Below are positions 23,315 through 36,700 of a DNA stretch of 64,000 nucleotides, piece after piece. How positions within the stretch are numbered: the first letter of the stretch is position 1; every line of letters starts with the position of its first letter. The notes under the pieces are model-generated. The model worked only from the letters and a program-made list of their open reading frames with translations. It made no database searches and was not told where the DNA came from. The position numbers were made by a program, and so were the translations under genes. Source of the stretch: an uncultured virus (IMG/VR IMGVR_UViG_2061766007_000736). Taxonomy: Duplodnaviria; Heunggongvirae; Uroviricota; Caudoviricetes. The stretch lies in the IMG/VR virus record IMGVR_UViG_2061766007_000736, one strand, 5' to 3'.

Positions 23315-24091
23315 TTAATTATAGAATCCGTTACCGCCGCATCCGTTATTATAGTAGCCGCAATTACATCCAATAGGATTAGGAACTACATAAGCAGGAA
23401 TTGGAGCAGGATTTAATGCTCTAAGTAAAGCTGTGGTCTGAGCGGCGTTGTCTGTCAGAATTTGTCCAGTCTGGGCGTTCTGCGAAGCCGCAAGACTTGC
23501 AAGATAACCTTGCATCTGAAGCTGTTGATTCTGTGCTTTCAGAGCATCAATTTCTTGTTGACATAACTTATCAAGAATAGCCTGAGTATTGGCTGTATTA
23601 GAAGCGATAACATCTCTTAAAGCATCGGTTACCGCAGCTCTATCTGCACATGCCTCTGTGGCAACTGTATATTTTAAATCAGCTAAACCAGCTCTATTTT
23701 CACAACAGCAATTCTGTTGATTCATAGCGATTGTATTTAATTGATTAGATAAATTACCCTGATTATTATTTAATGTTTGCAGAATATTTGCTTGTGTATT
23801 GCAACGAGAAACCTCTGCATTAGAAAACCCGGTATTAATAGCACTTGAAATACCTGATAAGCCATTGATTAATGCGCTCTGATCGAATCCTCTCTGGACA
23901 TCTGAAGCGACAAAATTGGTTCCGGCATTTCCGCCACCAAATCCGCCATATCCACCCCAGCCGCCAGCTAAGATAAGAATAAATAAAATCAGAACCCAAG
24001 CACCATCGCCATTAAAACCAAAACCACCATCATTGTTCCCTGTTGCAGCAGCTATATCCGCTAAAGAATAACCATTGTTACTATTAAACAT
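23315..24091 (-). CDS. Conserved hypothetical protein (Gly-rich TM, CCC motif, coiled coil)
   Basis: YSLADIAAA, TM segment, QQNCCCE, ILDKLCQ, PIPAYVVPNP. Confidence 0.8.
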   Translation of the reverse strand: MFNSNNGYSLADIAAATGNNDGGFGFNGDGAWVLILFILILAGGWGGYGGFGGGNAGTNFVASDVQRGFDQSALINGLSGISSAINTGFSNAEVSRCNTQANILQTLNNNQGNLSNQLNTIAMNQQNCCCENRAGLADLKYTVATEACADRAAVTDALRDVIASNTANTQAILDKLCQQEIDALKAQNQQLQMQGYLASLAASQNAQTGQILTDNAAQTTALLRALNPAPIPAYVVPNPIGCNCGYYNNGCGGNGFYN

Positions 24092-24133
24092 TTTTATCTC
24101 CTCTTACTTTCCAAAAAGATGAATCAAAAAAAT

Positions 24134-24370
24134 TTATCGTAGCTGGTTTCTAAAATTTGTAAACTATTTATCAAAATCTAATCCTCTTTGTGCGGCAAGA
24201 TTTCTAGCTAATTGCTATAATGCATTAGTATTTCCACCTTGCGCCAAATTCATGGCATTATTTAAAATAGGATTATTTTGACTCTGCTGTCGTAGAATGT
24301 TCATAACAAGTTGTTGAGGATTTTGTCCACCTTTAATTAACTGGATTAATTGCATTGGATTAACATTCAT
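24134..24370 (-). CDS. Gln-rich NPQQ hypothetical protein (2 TAG; absent from ORF track)
   Basis: AAGGAG RBS. MNVNPMQLIQLIKGGQNPQQL...AL*QLARN...DFDK*F then TAA, 79 codons. Confidence 0.75.
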
Positions 24371-24384
24371 ATCTTACTCCTTTA

Positions 24385-24888
24385 TTAAAAATTTGCGGCA
24401 ACCGCGGTTTTATTCTCAGCCTGAGGGCCTGTTGGCTGACCACTCTGAGTCCCCTGCCCCGCACTTTGAATAGAAGCCATCAGTGCTTGAATCACCTTAT
24501 TAAATTCATCTTTTGTTACAAACTAAGTATTTCCATAAGGGTTTTCGTCTTCAACAAAAGCATAAGTTCTAAATGTTGCTGTTCCATCATTATTCACTTG
24601 TTTTGTATAAATCTTCCCATTCCCAACATCAGTAAATACCCAAAGGGAACCATCTAAATCAATCTGAAATGCTCTAGCTTCTTCTTTTGATGAAACCGGT
24701 CGACACTTCAAAAACTGATTAGATAACAAATTTTGAGAACCATTCATTCGCCCCATATAATTATCATATGGAGTATTACTCAATAACATGTTATTGTTCC
24801 CATAAGGGAATTGTATTGGCGTTTGCGGTTGCCCCATCAAATTAGGCACCTGCTGTACGCCAATGTTAGGATTACTGTAATTTGCCAT
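24385..24888 (-). CDS. Conserved hypothetical protein (TAG read-through)
   Basis: GGAGG RBS, ATG 24888. RPVSSKEEARA..IDLDGS..IYTKQ, then NT*FVTKDEF to TAA 24385. Confidence 0.75.
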
Positions 24889-25023
24889 TACTTCCTCCCT
24901 GCGCGCTTTAAAAACAATATTTATAGTTACATCTTCGCGAAAATATAAAGACAAAAATAAAATTTTTATATCTATTATCTTTATCATAATAAATAAAAAA
25001 TCTTAATTTTATCTCTACATCTA

Positions 25024-25064
25024 TATATAAAAATTTTGATTTGTGTATTAATCAATTTTGACCA
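25024..25064 (-). promoter_or_regulatory. Phage-specific promoter-like motif TGGTCA-N8-TAA-N14-TTTTYATATW
   Basis: Identically spaced copies at 42707 and 56324. This copy lies upstream of the long leftward operon. Confidence 0.55.
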
Positions 25065-25077
25065 AAACATTTTCTAC

Positions 25078-25106
25078 TTGACGAACTAAAAAATTTTTAT
25101 TATAAT
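25078..25106 (+). promoter_or_regulatory. Sigma70/SigA-type promoter
   Basis: TTGACG-17bp-TATAAT upstream of the RuvC-like gene. Confidence 0.75.
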
Positions 25107-25131
25107 AGAGCCAAGAAAGGGGAACTAAATT

Positions 25132-25620
25132 ATGAAAATTTTATCACTAGATCTCTCAACGCACTCAAGCGGTTGGTGTGTTGGATAGGATGGACACCTC
25201 TAGACTCATGGATGCATTACAGCAACTTCTAAAGATGTTAAGAATCGCATCGTAAAAATGCGTGATTAGTTAATTACAATAATTAAAGAAAACAAAATAG
25301 AAAAGATTATTATGGAATAGGTGCGTCCAGATTATAATTCCCATACTAGCAAAGTTTTAATGTGGCTTCAAGCGACAGTGGTTATTGCGGCTTATGAAAT
25401 CAGTCCAAAAATTTAGTGCTAGTTTATTGGTGTGAATACCTGGCGCGCTGCCTTAAAAATAAAACAAGGCCGCGGTATAAAGAGAGATACACTAAAACCG
25501 CAAGATATTCAATATGTCAAAGATAAATATGGTATTACTGTAAATGATGATTAGGCAGATGCTATATGTATTTTTGATGCTTATTATGAAAAATTTGATA
25601 ATTAGATAAATTGGGGATAA
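25132..25620 (+). CDS. RuvC-like Holliday junction resolvase (8 in-frame TAG; absent from ORF track)
   Basis: MKILSLDLSTHSSGW...IIME*VRP...TWR...VNDD*ADAICI. The RuvC-fold acidic residues are in order. 163 codons to TAA. Confidence 0.85.
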
Positions 25621-25624
25621 AAAA

Positions 25625-25651
25625 GAGAGGGTTGACGTTTGTCAACCCTCT
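25625..25651. terminator. Terminator hairpin between convergent genes
   Basis: AGAGGGTTGAC-GTTT-GTCAACCCTCT. Confidence 0.75.
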
Positions 25652-25875
25652 TCTTCATTTAATCCATCTAATGGAATTATCGTCTATTCCTATGGCTCTT
25701 GACTTTTTATTGCAATTTCCAATTCTGCTTTTTTATCATGAACGCTTTCCCATATATCTTTAAAAAGATAATATTTCATTAAAAATGGAATAGATTTTTC
25801 ATTATTAAAAGTATCTATAATTTTCTTTTGAAAATCATAACATACAACATTAAAATCCTTATCATTTTTTTGCAT
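25642..25875 (-). CDS. Small hypothetical protein (TAG read-through)
   Basis: MQKNDKDF...EP*E*TIIPL to TGA, 78 codons. Confidence 0.55.
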
Positions 25876-25894
25876 ATTAACTATATCTCTTTTC

Positions 25895-28800
25895 TTAAGA
25901 AATCCGAAAATCTTTTCTACTACCATATTCTGAAGTACAAAGTGCATTTATTCGTGAATAACGTAAATATTTATGCCCATCTACATCCTCTATATCTAGA
26001 TACTGAATGACAGGTGCCCAATGAGCTTTTTTGCCTTGATAGCTTAATTTTTGCAAAACATTTAAATCTTCAATATCTGCTTTTTTTGCATATAAAGTAT
26101 TAAAATAACCTGTTAAAGTTTGATTGGTATTAGCACCCGCTCTAACCATACCTGGATTAATAAAAGAACTTCCAGACCCTATTCTTGCTCCACTTCCACT
26201 TAATGAGCCTCCGCCAGTTAAAGAGCCAGTCCCACTAAAATGAAAAGTATTAGTAAGATTAAAAGTATTTGAAAAAGTAGCAACGCCATCTTTGCTAATA
26301 GACCATTTACCGCCAGTATGGCTTATTGAACCATCACTATTAAGTCTTAAACTTCCACTTTGTAAATAGCCATCTCTAATAGCCCAGCCTCCAATACTTC
26401 CGCCTTTATTAGCAATAAGATTATTAAAAGTAGCTTTTCCACTTGGCTCAATCTACCAAGTTGAATTCTCAGAACCTCCACTCATTGAACCATTTGAATT
26501 TAATATAATATTATCATCAGCAGATTTTAATTGACTTCTAGTAATCTACCATCCGCCAATTTGTCCACTAAATGCCTTTAATTCACCTTGCGGATTCACA
26601 GAAAATCTTGAACCAAGAGAAATACCATCTGTACCTAAATAAACCTTTGCGGCAGTTCCTTCATCATCTTCAGCCTAGGCCCATGAATCTCCACCATACG
26701 CAATATAAGATTTATCATTATCTCCATCTATTGTCCAATGTTTTCCAGTTCCTGCAACTGCACCATTTCCAACATACATTTGTCCGGTATCAGTAATTTT
26801 TACCTTATTACCAAGAGATAAACCATCATGACCTAAATAAAAACCTTTATCAGTATTATCTAAAGTATTATGACTGTGTGAATAAATTTTACCCACGGCA
26901 GTCGCATCTAAAGTAATTCGACCATCTGCTTCTCTCACATCACTGTATAGACTATCTGTGCCAATTTTCCAGCCTCCGATGTCTCCACCCGCTGCCGCAT
27001 GCACATAACCTTCTTTTGTAACATAAAAATTTCCAGTTCCAAAATAAATCTAAGGAGTTGTTAAATCAATTATTAACCCCTCTCCTTTTCCATTTCCCGC
27101 AGGCTTGAAACTATTATCTCTATAAGTATAACTTGTAGGTAATCCAATATTATCCCCATCATCATTATAATTTTTCCAGAAATTACCACTATACAGCATA
27201 GCTTTCTTTTGAGAATCAGATGGGTCAATAATAATTTGTCCTTGTCCAGAACTACCAAATAATGCAGAACCATTTTTACTATTTAAAAAGAAACTTCTTT
27301 TACCAGAATTATATCCTAATAAACCAACTTGTTCAACACTCTTACCTGGTTCTCTGGTTTCACCCATTAAAACACCAGTAAAACTATTATCAGATTCTTT
27401 ATGACCTGCACCAACTTGCGGTGATAAAATAAATCCACCATCCGCATCTAATTGAACACTATTGCCATCCCATTCATTTATATTAGCCATACCATATTTA
27501 TTTAATAAATAATGAATAGGAACATTTATTCGACCAATTATAATACCATTGTTTTGTGTGTATATGCAACAGATTGCTACATTTACGCTAGTACCATCAT
27601 ATCTGGAAGCAGGGCGCGCTCTAAATTGATTCTTTGCACAATCTTTTCTATATACTTCGTTAGTTAAAATTTCTAATAAGTTACTATCTGTTGCACTTCC
27701 GTCTTTAGTTGAAAGATAATTACCAACCGCACTTACTTCATATTCAACAGCATGAGAACCTTCAACTGTTGAAATATCTTCCCATTGTTCATTAATTCTT
27801 TCTTTACAAATAAATTCAAAAGGATGTGAACTGTCATATTGAGGAGTCATACCATCAGAAGAATAAATAACATATCTAAATCCGCTGTAATCTTGTAAAT
27901 TGACTCTATAATATGACTATCTAGTCCATGCAGTTACAATAGGAATAGTCCCGTAATATGTCTTACCCTACCAATTAATACTACATTTAATAATATTAGC
28001 TAAAGGAGAATCTAATCCTTTTTCTAAATGATCTCCAGTATATTGAATTCTACCATTTAATCCATCTGTAACTTCAAAAGCAGATTCATCTTCAGTTGAA
28101 GCATTATATTTATTTTTTAACACTTCCCACATAACAAGAGAAGGTTTAGTAAAGCCATCTAATGCGGCGGTCTCTGCTGATATACCCTCCCAAACGAGGT
28201 CTCCGCTATGCCAGAGCTGAGCTTTAAATAATTGATAATTCCCGCCTGTTGTAATTACTGTCTCATCCGCCGGTGAATTTAATCCATAATTAAGAACATA
28301 TTCACTTCCAGCTTTTGTTATCATTGGATATAAAGGAGGATTATCCATTTGAGTATTAGGTATTAATTTAACTAAAAACTCAGTTCCATTTGTTCCTGGT
28401 TCACCTTGCTTAGTGAAAGTAAAATCAGTTTCCGCAGTTAAATTCATACCTTTATAATCAACTGTTAATTTAATTTGATTTCTCTGTTTCTTTATGTCAT
28501 ACTTTTGAGAAATTCCATAAATTAAACTAGGCTTATTATCATAATATTTATATGTTTGTTCAGCATTAGTCCCTGCATTTGGCTCATTTTCAGTCTGTTC
28601 AACTAACATAGTTCCTTCTATTGGAAATTGCCATCTAATTTTACAATTCTTTTCATTAGCTATAATAGATGAATCAATCGGTTCACCTAAGTTGTCATAA
28701 ATTGTAAAACTTAATGCTTGAAGCTACTGTGGAACATCTAAACTTTTATTATTTGGAGCAACACCATTTTCATTATATTGAAATACAGCAGAACCATTGT

Positions 28801-30490
28801 TAATAACAAGAGAATAAAGGTCTTCACCTTCTAAAGTGTTTGTTAAAGTAATTGCGGCAGTCCCTAAATAAATATCTCGGTCATTATAAACTGAACATTT
28901 AAAAGTTCCAAAATTAGTAATTTTATTTATTTGAGCATCATATATTTTATTACCATCTACTCTCTGAATAAAATCAAACTCTTTTATTTTTGATTCTAAA
29001 TTTCTTAAATTATCAGCTTCCGCATTTTCAAATTTAGTACCTGCGGCAACCTCTGCCTATAAGCTCACAAGGGCGGCAACCGCATTTTCATACTAAATAT
29101 TTTTATCAGTCGTTTCAGGTAATTGTTCAAGCACTCCTGCATTACTCTCATAGGCCCAACTATACGAGTATCCCACCGGCTCTCCGCCATTTACTTTGCA
29201 AGTTAACGTAGGATGCCCAATATCATAATAGAATTTAGTGCTTTTATCTGATTCTATTGTTAAAACTGGAATACTTGTTCCTAGATTTTGGATATTAATT
29301 GTTTTAGTAACTACATTCCCGTCATAAACAATCGCAACTTTTATTTTATTATCTCTAGCTGTTGCATCATCAAAATTTAGAATATAAGTCGCCCCACTAG
29401 GTACCCATTGAACAATGCCTTCATCTGCATCTATAATATTGCTATCATTTAAACATTTCCAACCGCGACCTAAATATTTATTATAATATTGGCTATTATT
29501 TGAAACTCCCACATTCTAAATTCCCCAATAGAAAGGAATCTTTTGAGCATCTGATACTAATTTTCCTTTAATTCTAACTTGTGCGGTGATAGTCTTACAA
29601 CTTGCAGAAGTTGATGATTCTGTAAAGAATGTACCTTGAGGAGTGTAAAATGAAATAGCTATTCCATTAATCTAACTTTCAGACATGCGATTTCCAGCAT
29701 TTAACTATAAAGCTATGATTTCTATATCTCCAGTCGCGAGTTTTTCTTCTGTTATCTATCCCGCCGCATTAGGAAAATCTTTATTAAAAATTTCAATAGA
29801 TTCAAGTCCAATAAAGTTTACACCATCTACGTCAAAAATTTGATATTGTCTAGTGCCGTAGATTAATCTATATGGATTATCTATCATATTATCCTAATCT
29901 ATTGTATAAGACCTAACTACCTATTGATTTGAGGTATTATCTAGGAATCTTAAATTATAAGTTATTCCATAATGACCTCTTGATTGTCTTTCTGGCGGGA
30001 TGGAGGTTTTAAAAGTGGCCCCTGCGATTAATGAAGAAGAAGCTTGAATATATCTACGCAAAGCTTCTTCATCTAAATTTATATCATCCGCAGTTAATAT
30101 ATATTTATAATCTTTATTTAAAGTATTTAAATAAAGCGTTTCGTTTAAAGCTATTGGATTAGCTCCAATAACATCGTATGCCTAATCTCCTTGGGCTTGA
30201 GATATATAATTAATACCAAGTTTATTCGTAGTTCCAAGAATAGTCTTTTCTTTGTTCATATCACTACCAGGAACTAATATATAAACATATGCGCCATTAG
30301 TGTATGTTATATCTGTATTATTTGTATAAGCATAGATTATAGCATCTTGATAACGACATCTATATTTTCCTATTGTAGCGTCCTAACATGATAAAACTTG
30401 AGCTTGAATAGTTTTATCATACCCCGCCTTTTTAACAGAATTATCGGCTAATAATTCAATCGCATCTAATATCTTATCATTTATGCTCAT
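25895..30490 (-). CDS. Large tail/central fibre protein, 1531 aa (TAG read-through)
   Basis: ATG 30490 after AAGGAGG. ORF pieces 29093, 27968, 27050, 26675 and 25895 all share one frame with no gap. GxIGGWxI repeats and the ILSPQVGAG motif. Confidence 0.85.
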
Positions 30491-30525
30491 TAAATTATAC
30501 CCTCCTTATATCTCCTTTATATTAT

Positions 30526-30554
30526 ATTATAACATAAAATTTTAAATTTTTCAA
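30526..30554 (-). promoter_or_regulatory. Sigma70/SigA-type promoter
   Basis: TTGAAA-17bp-TATAAT with an extended TG, upstream of the large tail gene. Confidence 0.65.
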
Positions 30555-30715
30555 GCGAATTCATAAGATTTTGTTATCCCATCATAATTATATCTTGTAA
30601 TTTCAAAAAAGTCACTTTTAGTGAGGGTTCCATCTTTTACAAAACTAATCATATCTTTTAATGAATAGATTCCATGAATCCATTTATGTTGAATTAAAAT
30701 TTTATCGTCTTCCAT
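30551..30715 (-). CDS. XkdX-like small protein
   Basis: MEDDKILIQHKWIHGIYSLKDMISFVKDGTLTKSDFFEITRY..., AAAGGA RBS. Confidence 0.55.
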   Translation of the reverse strand: MEDDKILIQHKWIHGIYSLKDMISFVKDGTLTKSDFFEITRYNYDGITKSYEFA

Positions 30716-30735
30716 TATTTATCCTTTCCAAAAAG

Positions 30736-30761
30736 ATAGCCAGGGGATAACCCCTGGCTAT
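30736..30761 (-). terminator. Intrinsic terminator after tape measure gene
   Basis: ATAGCCAGGGG-ATAA-CCCCTGGCTAT followed by CTTTT on the minus strand. Confidence 0.8.
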
Positions 30762-30763
30762 TA

Positions 30764-33700
30764 TTATCTTCTCATTGCGCGTTGTGCGGCAGCATTTACT
30801 AATCCAGTTAATGCTTCTTCAATCTCTCTCTTACTATCTACGTTAGGGAAAGTAGCTTCAATATGAACATTTTGATTAATTTCATCTTTATTATTACTAT
30901 TACCAAAGTCGATTCCAATACCACTCATTCGATTAGTTAAAGTTCCTCTAAGATTTGCAGTCATCTGTCTCAAAATTTTAATACCATTTAAGAAATTTTT
31001 GGTATCATCTTGATTTAAAACAATTTCTTTTTGATGGAGAATGGCTGGTCTACCTTCATCTGAATTCCAATTTCCAGTATAACCACCTGTAGAATATGAT
31101 ATTTTATTTTTCCATGACACAGTTCTACCAGATCCATCATAAATACTTGTAATTACATTTTTATATTTACTACCTCCTCCAGGATTAGAACTGCCTCCTT
31201 TTGAGCCTCCACTAGGACCAGAACCTTCACCAGAATTTCCTGAACTAGAATCTCCACTTTTACTACCAACAGGATAGTTACCATATGGATTTGCGGCATA
31301 TGCAGCATTAGCTCTTTGAATTCTATTAACCATGCTTTCATATGCGGCGGCCGTTTGTGCATATGCAGCAGCAGCTGCTCTCTCAGCTTGTACAAAATCA
31401 TGTAACTAGCTAACTGCTTGAGCAGCAGCAGTATAAACATTATTATAATCATTTACTAATGACTGAGCTTCTGCTCTTAGGGCTTCAATAGCAAACATCT
31501 ATGACGTCATACGATCTAATAAATCATCATTTTTCTCAATTAAGTTTTCAAATTCATCAGCTAAGTCGTATACACCATCCTGGATATCTTGCAGATTAAT
31601 ACCTGCGGCATCCGCCAGTTCTTCAAGTGATTCTTGATAAGTTAAAGTCTGTTCCTCAAGGCTTTCAAAGGCTTCTTCGCAAGTAGGAATAAAACCACCC
31701 TCACCCGCAACAGTATTAGCCATCTATTGAATACCACTTTGCCAAGCTGGAACTAATTCACCCATTAAGATATTTTGTTCATCAATAGACATCTGATTAT
31801 AATTAGCTACATCAGTATCATATAGGGCTGCTAAATCTGCAAATGCGGATTCCATTAAATTATTTCTAATATTCATGTTTTCCGCAGTTTTATCATTGAT
31901 ATACTCACCATACTGATCTCTTAATAGAGCCATCTTTTCAACTCTCTATTGTTCACTTAATGCAGTATCAGTAATAATATCTTTATATTTAGATTGAAAC
32001 TCCTTCCAGGCGGATAACATATCATCAAGATTAGACTGATACCTATCTTTATCAAAGTTATAAAGGTCATTTTGAGCGCTTGCTAAATTACCCCTAGCAT
32101 CTTCAATAGCACCACTATCCGCAACATATTCATACGAATAATTTCCTTGAGTATCTCTTTTTAATCTCATAGAAGTTTTTGCGGCTTGGGCATCTTCCAG
32201 CGCAGCTCTGGCCTGTNNNNNNNNNNNNNNNNNNNNNNNNNNNNNNNNNNNNNNNNNNNNTTCTTAAAATATCAAGCTGTTCGTCCATTAAGGTCTTTAA
32301 TGCTTGCTGATTCTTAATATTTTTAGCATCATTTAATGCTTGTTGATATTTTCTTTCAGTCTATTGAATAGCAAAAGCAGAATTAATTGTGTCTAAATAT
32401 TCATCTGCATTTTTATTCATTAACTACCATTCATCATTTAGATAATCAGTTCCTAAACCATTAGAAATCTTTTTATCTAACGCATCAAATATTTTATCAA
32501 TAGCATTAGAATATTTATCTTGAATAGTTTTTGCGGCATCCTCTATTAACTTATTAAGATTACTAATAGTATCTTTATAGTTCTTTTCAAACTATTTTGC
32601 GGCCTGGGTGTCACCACGCGCAACCGCGCTTTCCCATTGTTCTTTCCAGAAGTTCCTTTGTTGTTTTAATGAATCTAATTGTTTTAAATTATTTCTTTCT
32701 AATGTTGCATAATATTTCTACATAGCTTCATAGTTTTTATCACCATAAAGTAATCCTAATAAATCAATATTATGTTCTATTAATTCATTAACATATTCAT
32801 AATCATCAATTTGTTTATCAAATTGTTTATCTATATCATCAATAGTATCAAGATAAGCCTCATCAATATTGTCAATTAAATCTTCAACATCTTTCATTTG
32901 ACTCATTAATTCATCTAAGTCATTTTGAAGATCTTCCATTGCCTGGGCCTTATTATCTCCATATATTGCGGATTTACCTGTTTCATTAATAGCTTCAATC
33001 TATGCACGAGTGTTCATTAATTGGTTAGTTAACATTTCTAAACTACCAATACTTCCACCAACATTGAAGTAAGAAGTCATATCTCTAGCATCTTTTAAAG
33101 CATCACCAAAGATTTTATCAAAATCAGTATCTTTTAATACATCAGTATGTTCAAGAACCTCTCTACGGAATTCGTTCCAATCACGTTCAGCCTATCCCAT
33201 ATCAAGACGAATCTCAAGTTCCATTCTGAATTTCTTAATATTCAGTTCGATTTGCTTTTGAGTTTCTTCCTCAATTTGGTCAACTAAATCCTACATATCC
33301 TCGCGGAGACCATCATAATCTTTAATCTTTTTCTAAAGGTCTTTGTATTCATCTTCCATCTATTTGATATGTTTGTCGATTGCCGCAGCTTCATCTGCGA
33401 TATTCTTCTTCATATCTTTATTGGTAGACTCGTTATATGCTTCGATTAAGTTGTTATAATCTTTAGTTCTTGCATTAATTTCCGCTTGCTTTTGAGCTAA
33501 AATACTAAGATAATTAGAAATATTACCATACTCATCAAATGTAACACCAAGATTTTCAAGTGTTTCTCTTTGAGATTTTAAATCTTGCTATTGAAGCTCA
33601 TGTTTCTCTTCAAGTAATTCTTTATGTTGCTCTAAAAGACCTACTTGCTTAGTAAGATTATCAATAAGGTCTTTACCATATAAACGCTCTTGTTCTTTCT

Positions 33701-36700
33701 ATACTCTTTCAAGTTCACGATTAAGTTGGTCTAATTCAATATTAATATCATGGTAAATATCTCTCTAATCTTCTTTTTCTTTTTTAAGATCTTTTTTAGA
33801 GGTATCAGGTTGAGCGCCCTTTTTAGAACCACCTTTCTTTCCGCCACCGCCTTTTTTACCAGACCCGGCTCGACGCGCTGCTCCTTTAGAACCGCCGCCA
33901 TTTGCGGCTTGAGTATATTTGAATTTACCACCAGATGATTTATGTGCAGAAGTTACTTTTAAAGAAAATGCTTTATTTTCTTTAGTGGTTGTAATAGAGA
34001 CTGGATCTGGAACATACTATACACCAGTAACATATCCTTGCCCATCAACAGTGTCCATTAATAATCCATTAGCAAATGGAATACTATAAGGAAGATCTAC
34101 TCGACCAGATGCCTAAGGATGGAAACCCGCAGCTTCACTTACTTCTTGAGCTTCATTTTTTTGCTCAATAACTTCTGCATCTACACCCATTGAAGCTAAG
34201 TAATCTGTAGCTTGTTGAGCAGTCATTCCCGCAGCATTAACCATTTCAGTTAATCCAGCAAGGAAATTCTGATTATCTAATGATGCTCCAATTTGCATAT
34301 CATCAAGATTTTGACCTTGATAGTATAAATCCATTAAATGATCAAACCCAGCGTCAAATTGAGATGTATCTAATCCAATTTGAGTCGCTATATCTTGTTG
34401 AGCTAATTGCATTAACTGATCGTATGCATCAGTATTACCATCAATAGCCGCTTTCATTAGATTTAAATTATCTGCATTAGTCAGAAAATCATCAGATAAT
34501 GAAGTGCCGTCTAAATCTAGTAAATCTGCATACGCATCTCTTAATGCTTCAACAATTTCAGCTTGCTCTTGAATAGAACCATTATTTAAAGCCTTTATCC
34601 AATCATCATAATTATCAACTACATCAGTAATAGCATTATCAAACCTTAAAATAGATTCTGCAACATCTTCTGCATCTCTCTTATTCTCAATTAAATCAGT
34701 GCTTAATTCATCTGACTAATCTGCAATACTTTGAAGTGTTTTTGATAAAGATTCTAACGCTCCAGTATCAACGTCTTCATCTGTTGGAAACATTGCGTCA
34801 TGAAGCTGTTCGGCAGTTTTTCTTACGGTTTCTTCAAGTGCTTTTTGATCCTACTCTAAATTTTTAGTTTTATCACCGACATTTTCAATCTCTTTAGCAA
34901 TATCCTTAACATGGTCTGCATTAAGTTTATTTTTTTCAGCTAAATCTTGCCAAATATTGATTTGTTCTTTTAATTCAACATTACTATCTTCAACAGCAAC
35001 ATTTAAATAATCAAGTTGCTCATTTACTGTATCATAATCAATAGACTTTCCTAATCCCCAAAAGCCACCAGTAAAAGCCTATTTATTCAAATTATCATAA
35101 TTAAAATCTTTTTCTTGTAATGTATTTATTTGATTTAATCTTTGTTCTGCGGCAGCTAATGTATTTAAAAATCCATCTAATTTAAAATCATTAACGGTCT
35201 TATAAAATTCCTAGGCATCCCCAGTCATTTTAAAAGTGCCATTAGCCATCATACTAAAGTATGATTGAAATTCCGGATCTAAAGATTGATATTCGGTTTT
35301 AGAAACATTTTTTCCACTTTTAACTTGGTCTTCAAGAGATTGATAAATATTATATCTATCAGCAGCTGCCTCCATCATCTCCTATGGATTTTCTGTAATA
35401 GAGGCAACATTTTCTAAATCAATCTTAGAAATTCTCTAAATAATATCTCTTAAAGAATCCCAGCTCTTTATAGTTGAAGGATCTAATCCAGCTAATATAT
35501 CTAAATGATCTGCATCTAAATCTGATATAAGTTTCTCAATCTATTCTTGAGACTTGCTATCTGGTAGACGTTTTCTCATTTCTTCGATATATTTTGCAGC
35601 CGAATCATATTGGTCATAAGTATCCTTAAAATATTTACTTAAATATGTATCAACTGTTGATTCCGCATTTTCAGCTGATGCTCCCTCAGCCTAAAGCATT
35701 TTTCTAACTTCTTCAACAAACTAGGTTCTTTTTGTAAGATAATCAGAAGCACTTGTAATATTATCAAAACGATCAGAACTAAAACCTGCTAATTCAGTTC
35801 CATACTGAGCGATATTCGCTAAAGCATCTCTATAATGAGTAATTGGCTATTCCATATCAGCCAACCATTTTTTCATGGTTTCAAAATATTTAGAATTAGA
35901 CCTAACTCCACTATCTACATTTTCTTGAATTTCTTTAACAGCATCAGAAATTTTATCATAAAGTTCGACTATATCTTCTACCTAAGAACCAGTACTAAAT
36001 TGTAAAACTCCACCTTCTGTAACAGCTGCTCCTGCGTTTTTAATTATCTAAGTAATTTGACTATTCTATTTTCCAGGAGATAAATCTAAGAAATATTTTC
36101 CACCAGAAATTCTTTTATTATCAAAAGTATCTCCTTTTGCTGTAGATATTATCTAATCTTTCGATGCTTCATACTGTTGTTTCGCAGATTTTAATCCCTA
36201 ATCAGCCGCATCTTTTCTAGCATTTTTTATTGAATCAGCTAAATTATCATAATCTTTTGTTAAATTTTTTACAGACTAACCTTCTAATTCATATTTATCT
36301 ATTAATTCTTGAACAGAAGATTTTAATTCAGCTCTAGTAATCTAACCATCTTGATATTTTTTATTTATTTCTTCAATAGAAGAATAAAGCTATTTATTAC
36401 TTTCAATTTGTTCTTGTGTTTTCTTCTATGCTTCAACCGTTTCTTTAGCTTCTTTTTGACGCGCTTCATTTGCCTTATCAAGAGCCTTAACTAATCCTCC
36501 TAATGCAATTACGGCTGCAGTGATACCTATAATCCATCCACTAACAGGAGAAAAAGTTAATATATTATTAAAAAATTGAACTTGAAGTCCAGCCTGTGTT
36601 GCTGCAGCACCAACAGCTCCAAAAGATACAGCTTCTGCTCCATTAGCAGTAATAACTGCAGTTGCCTCAGCAACAGTTTTTTCTCGAGCTACATTTAATA

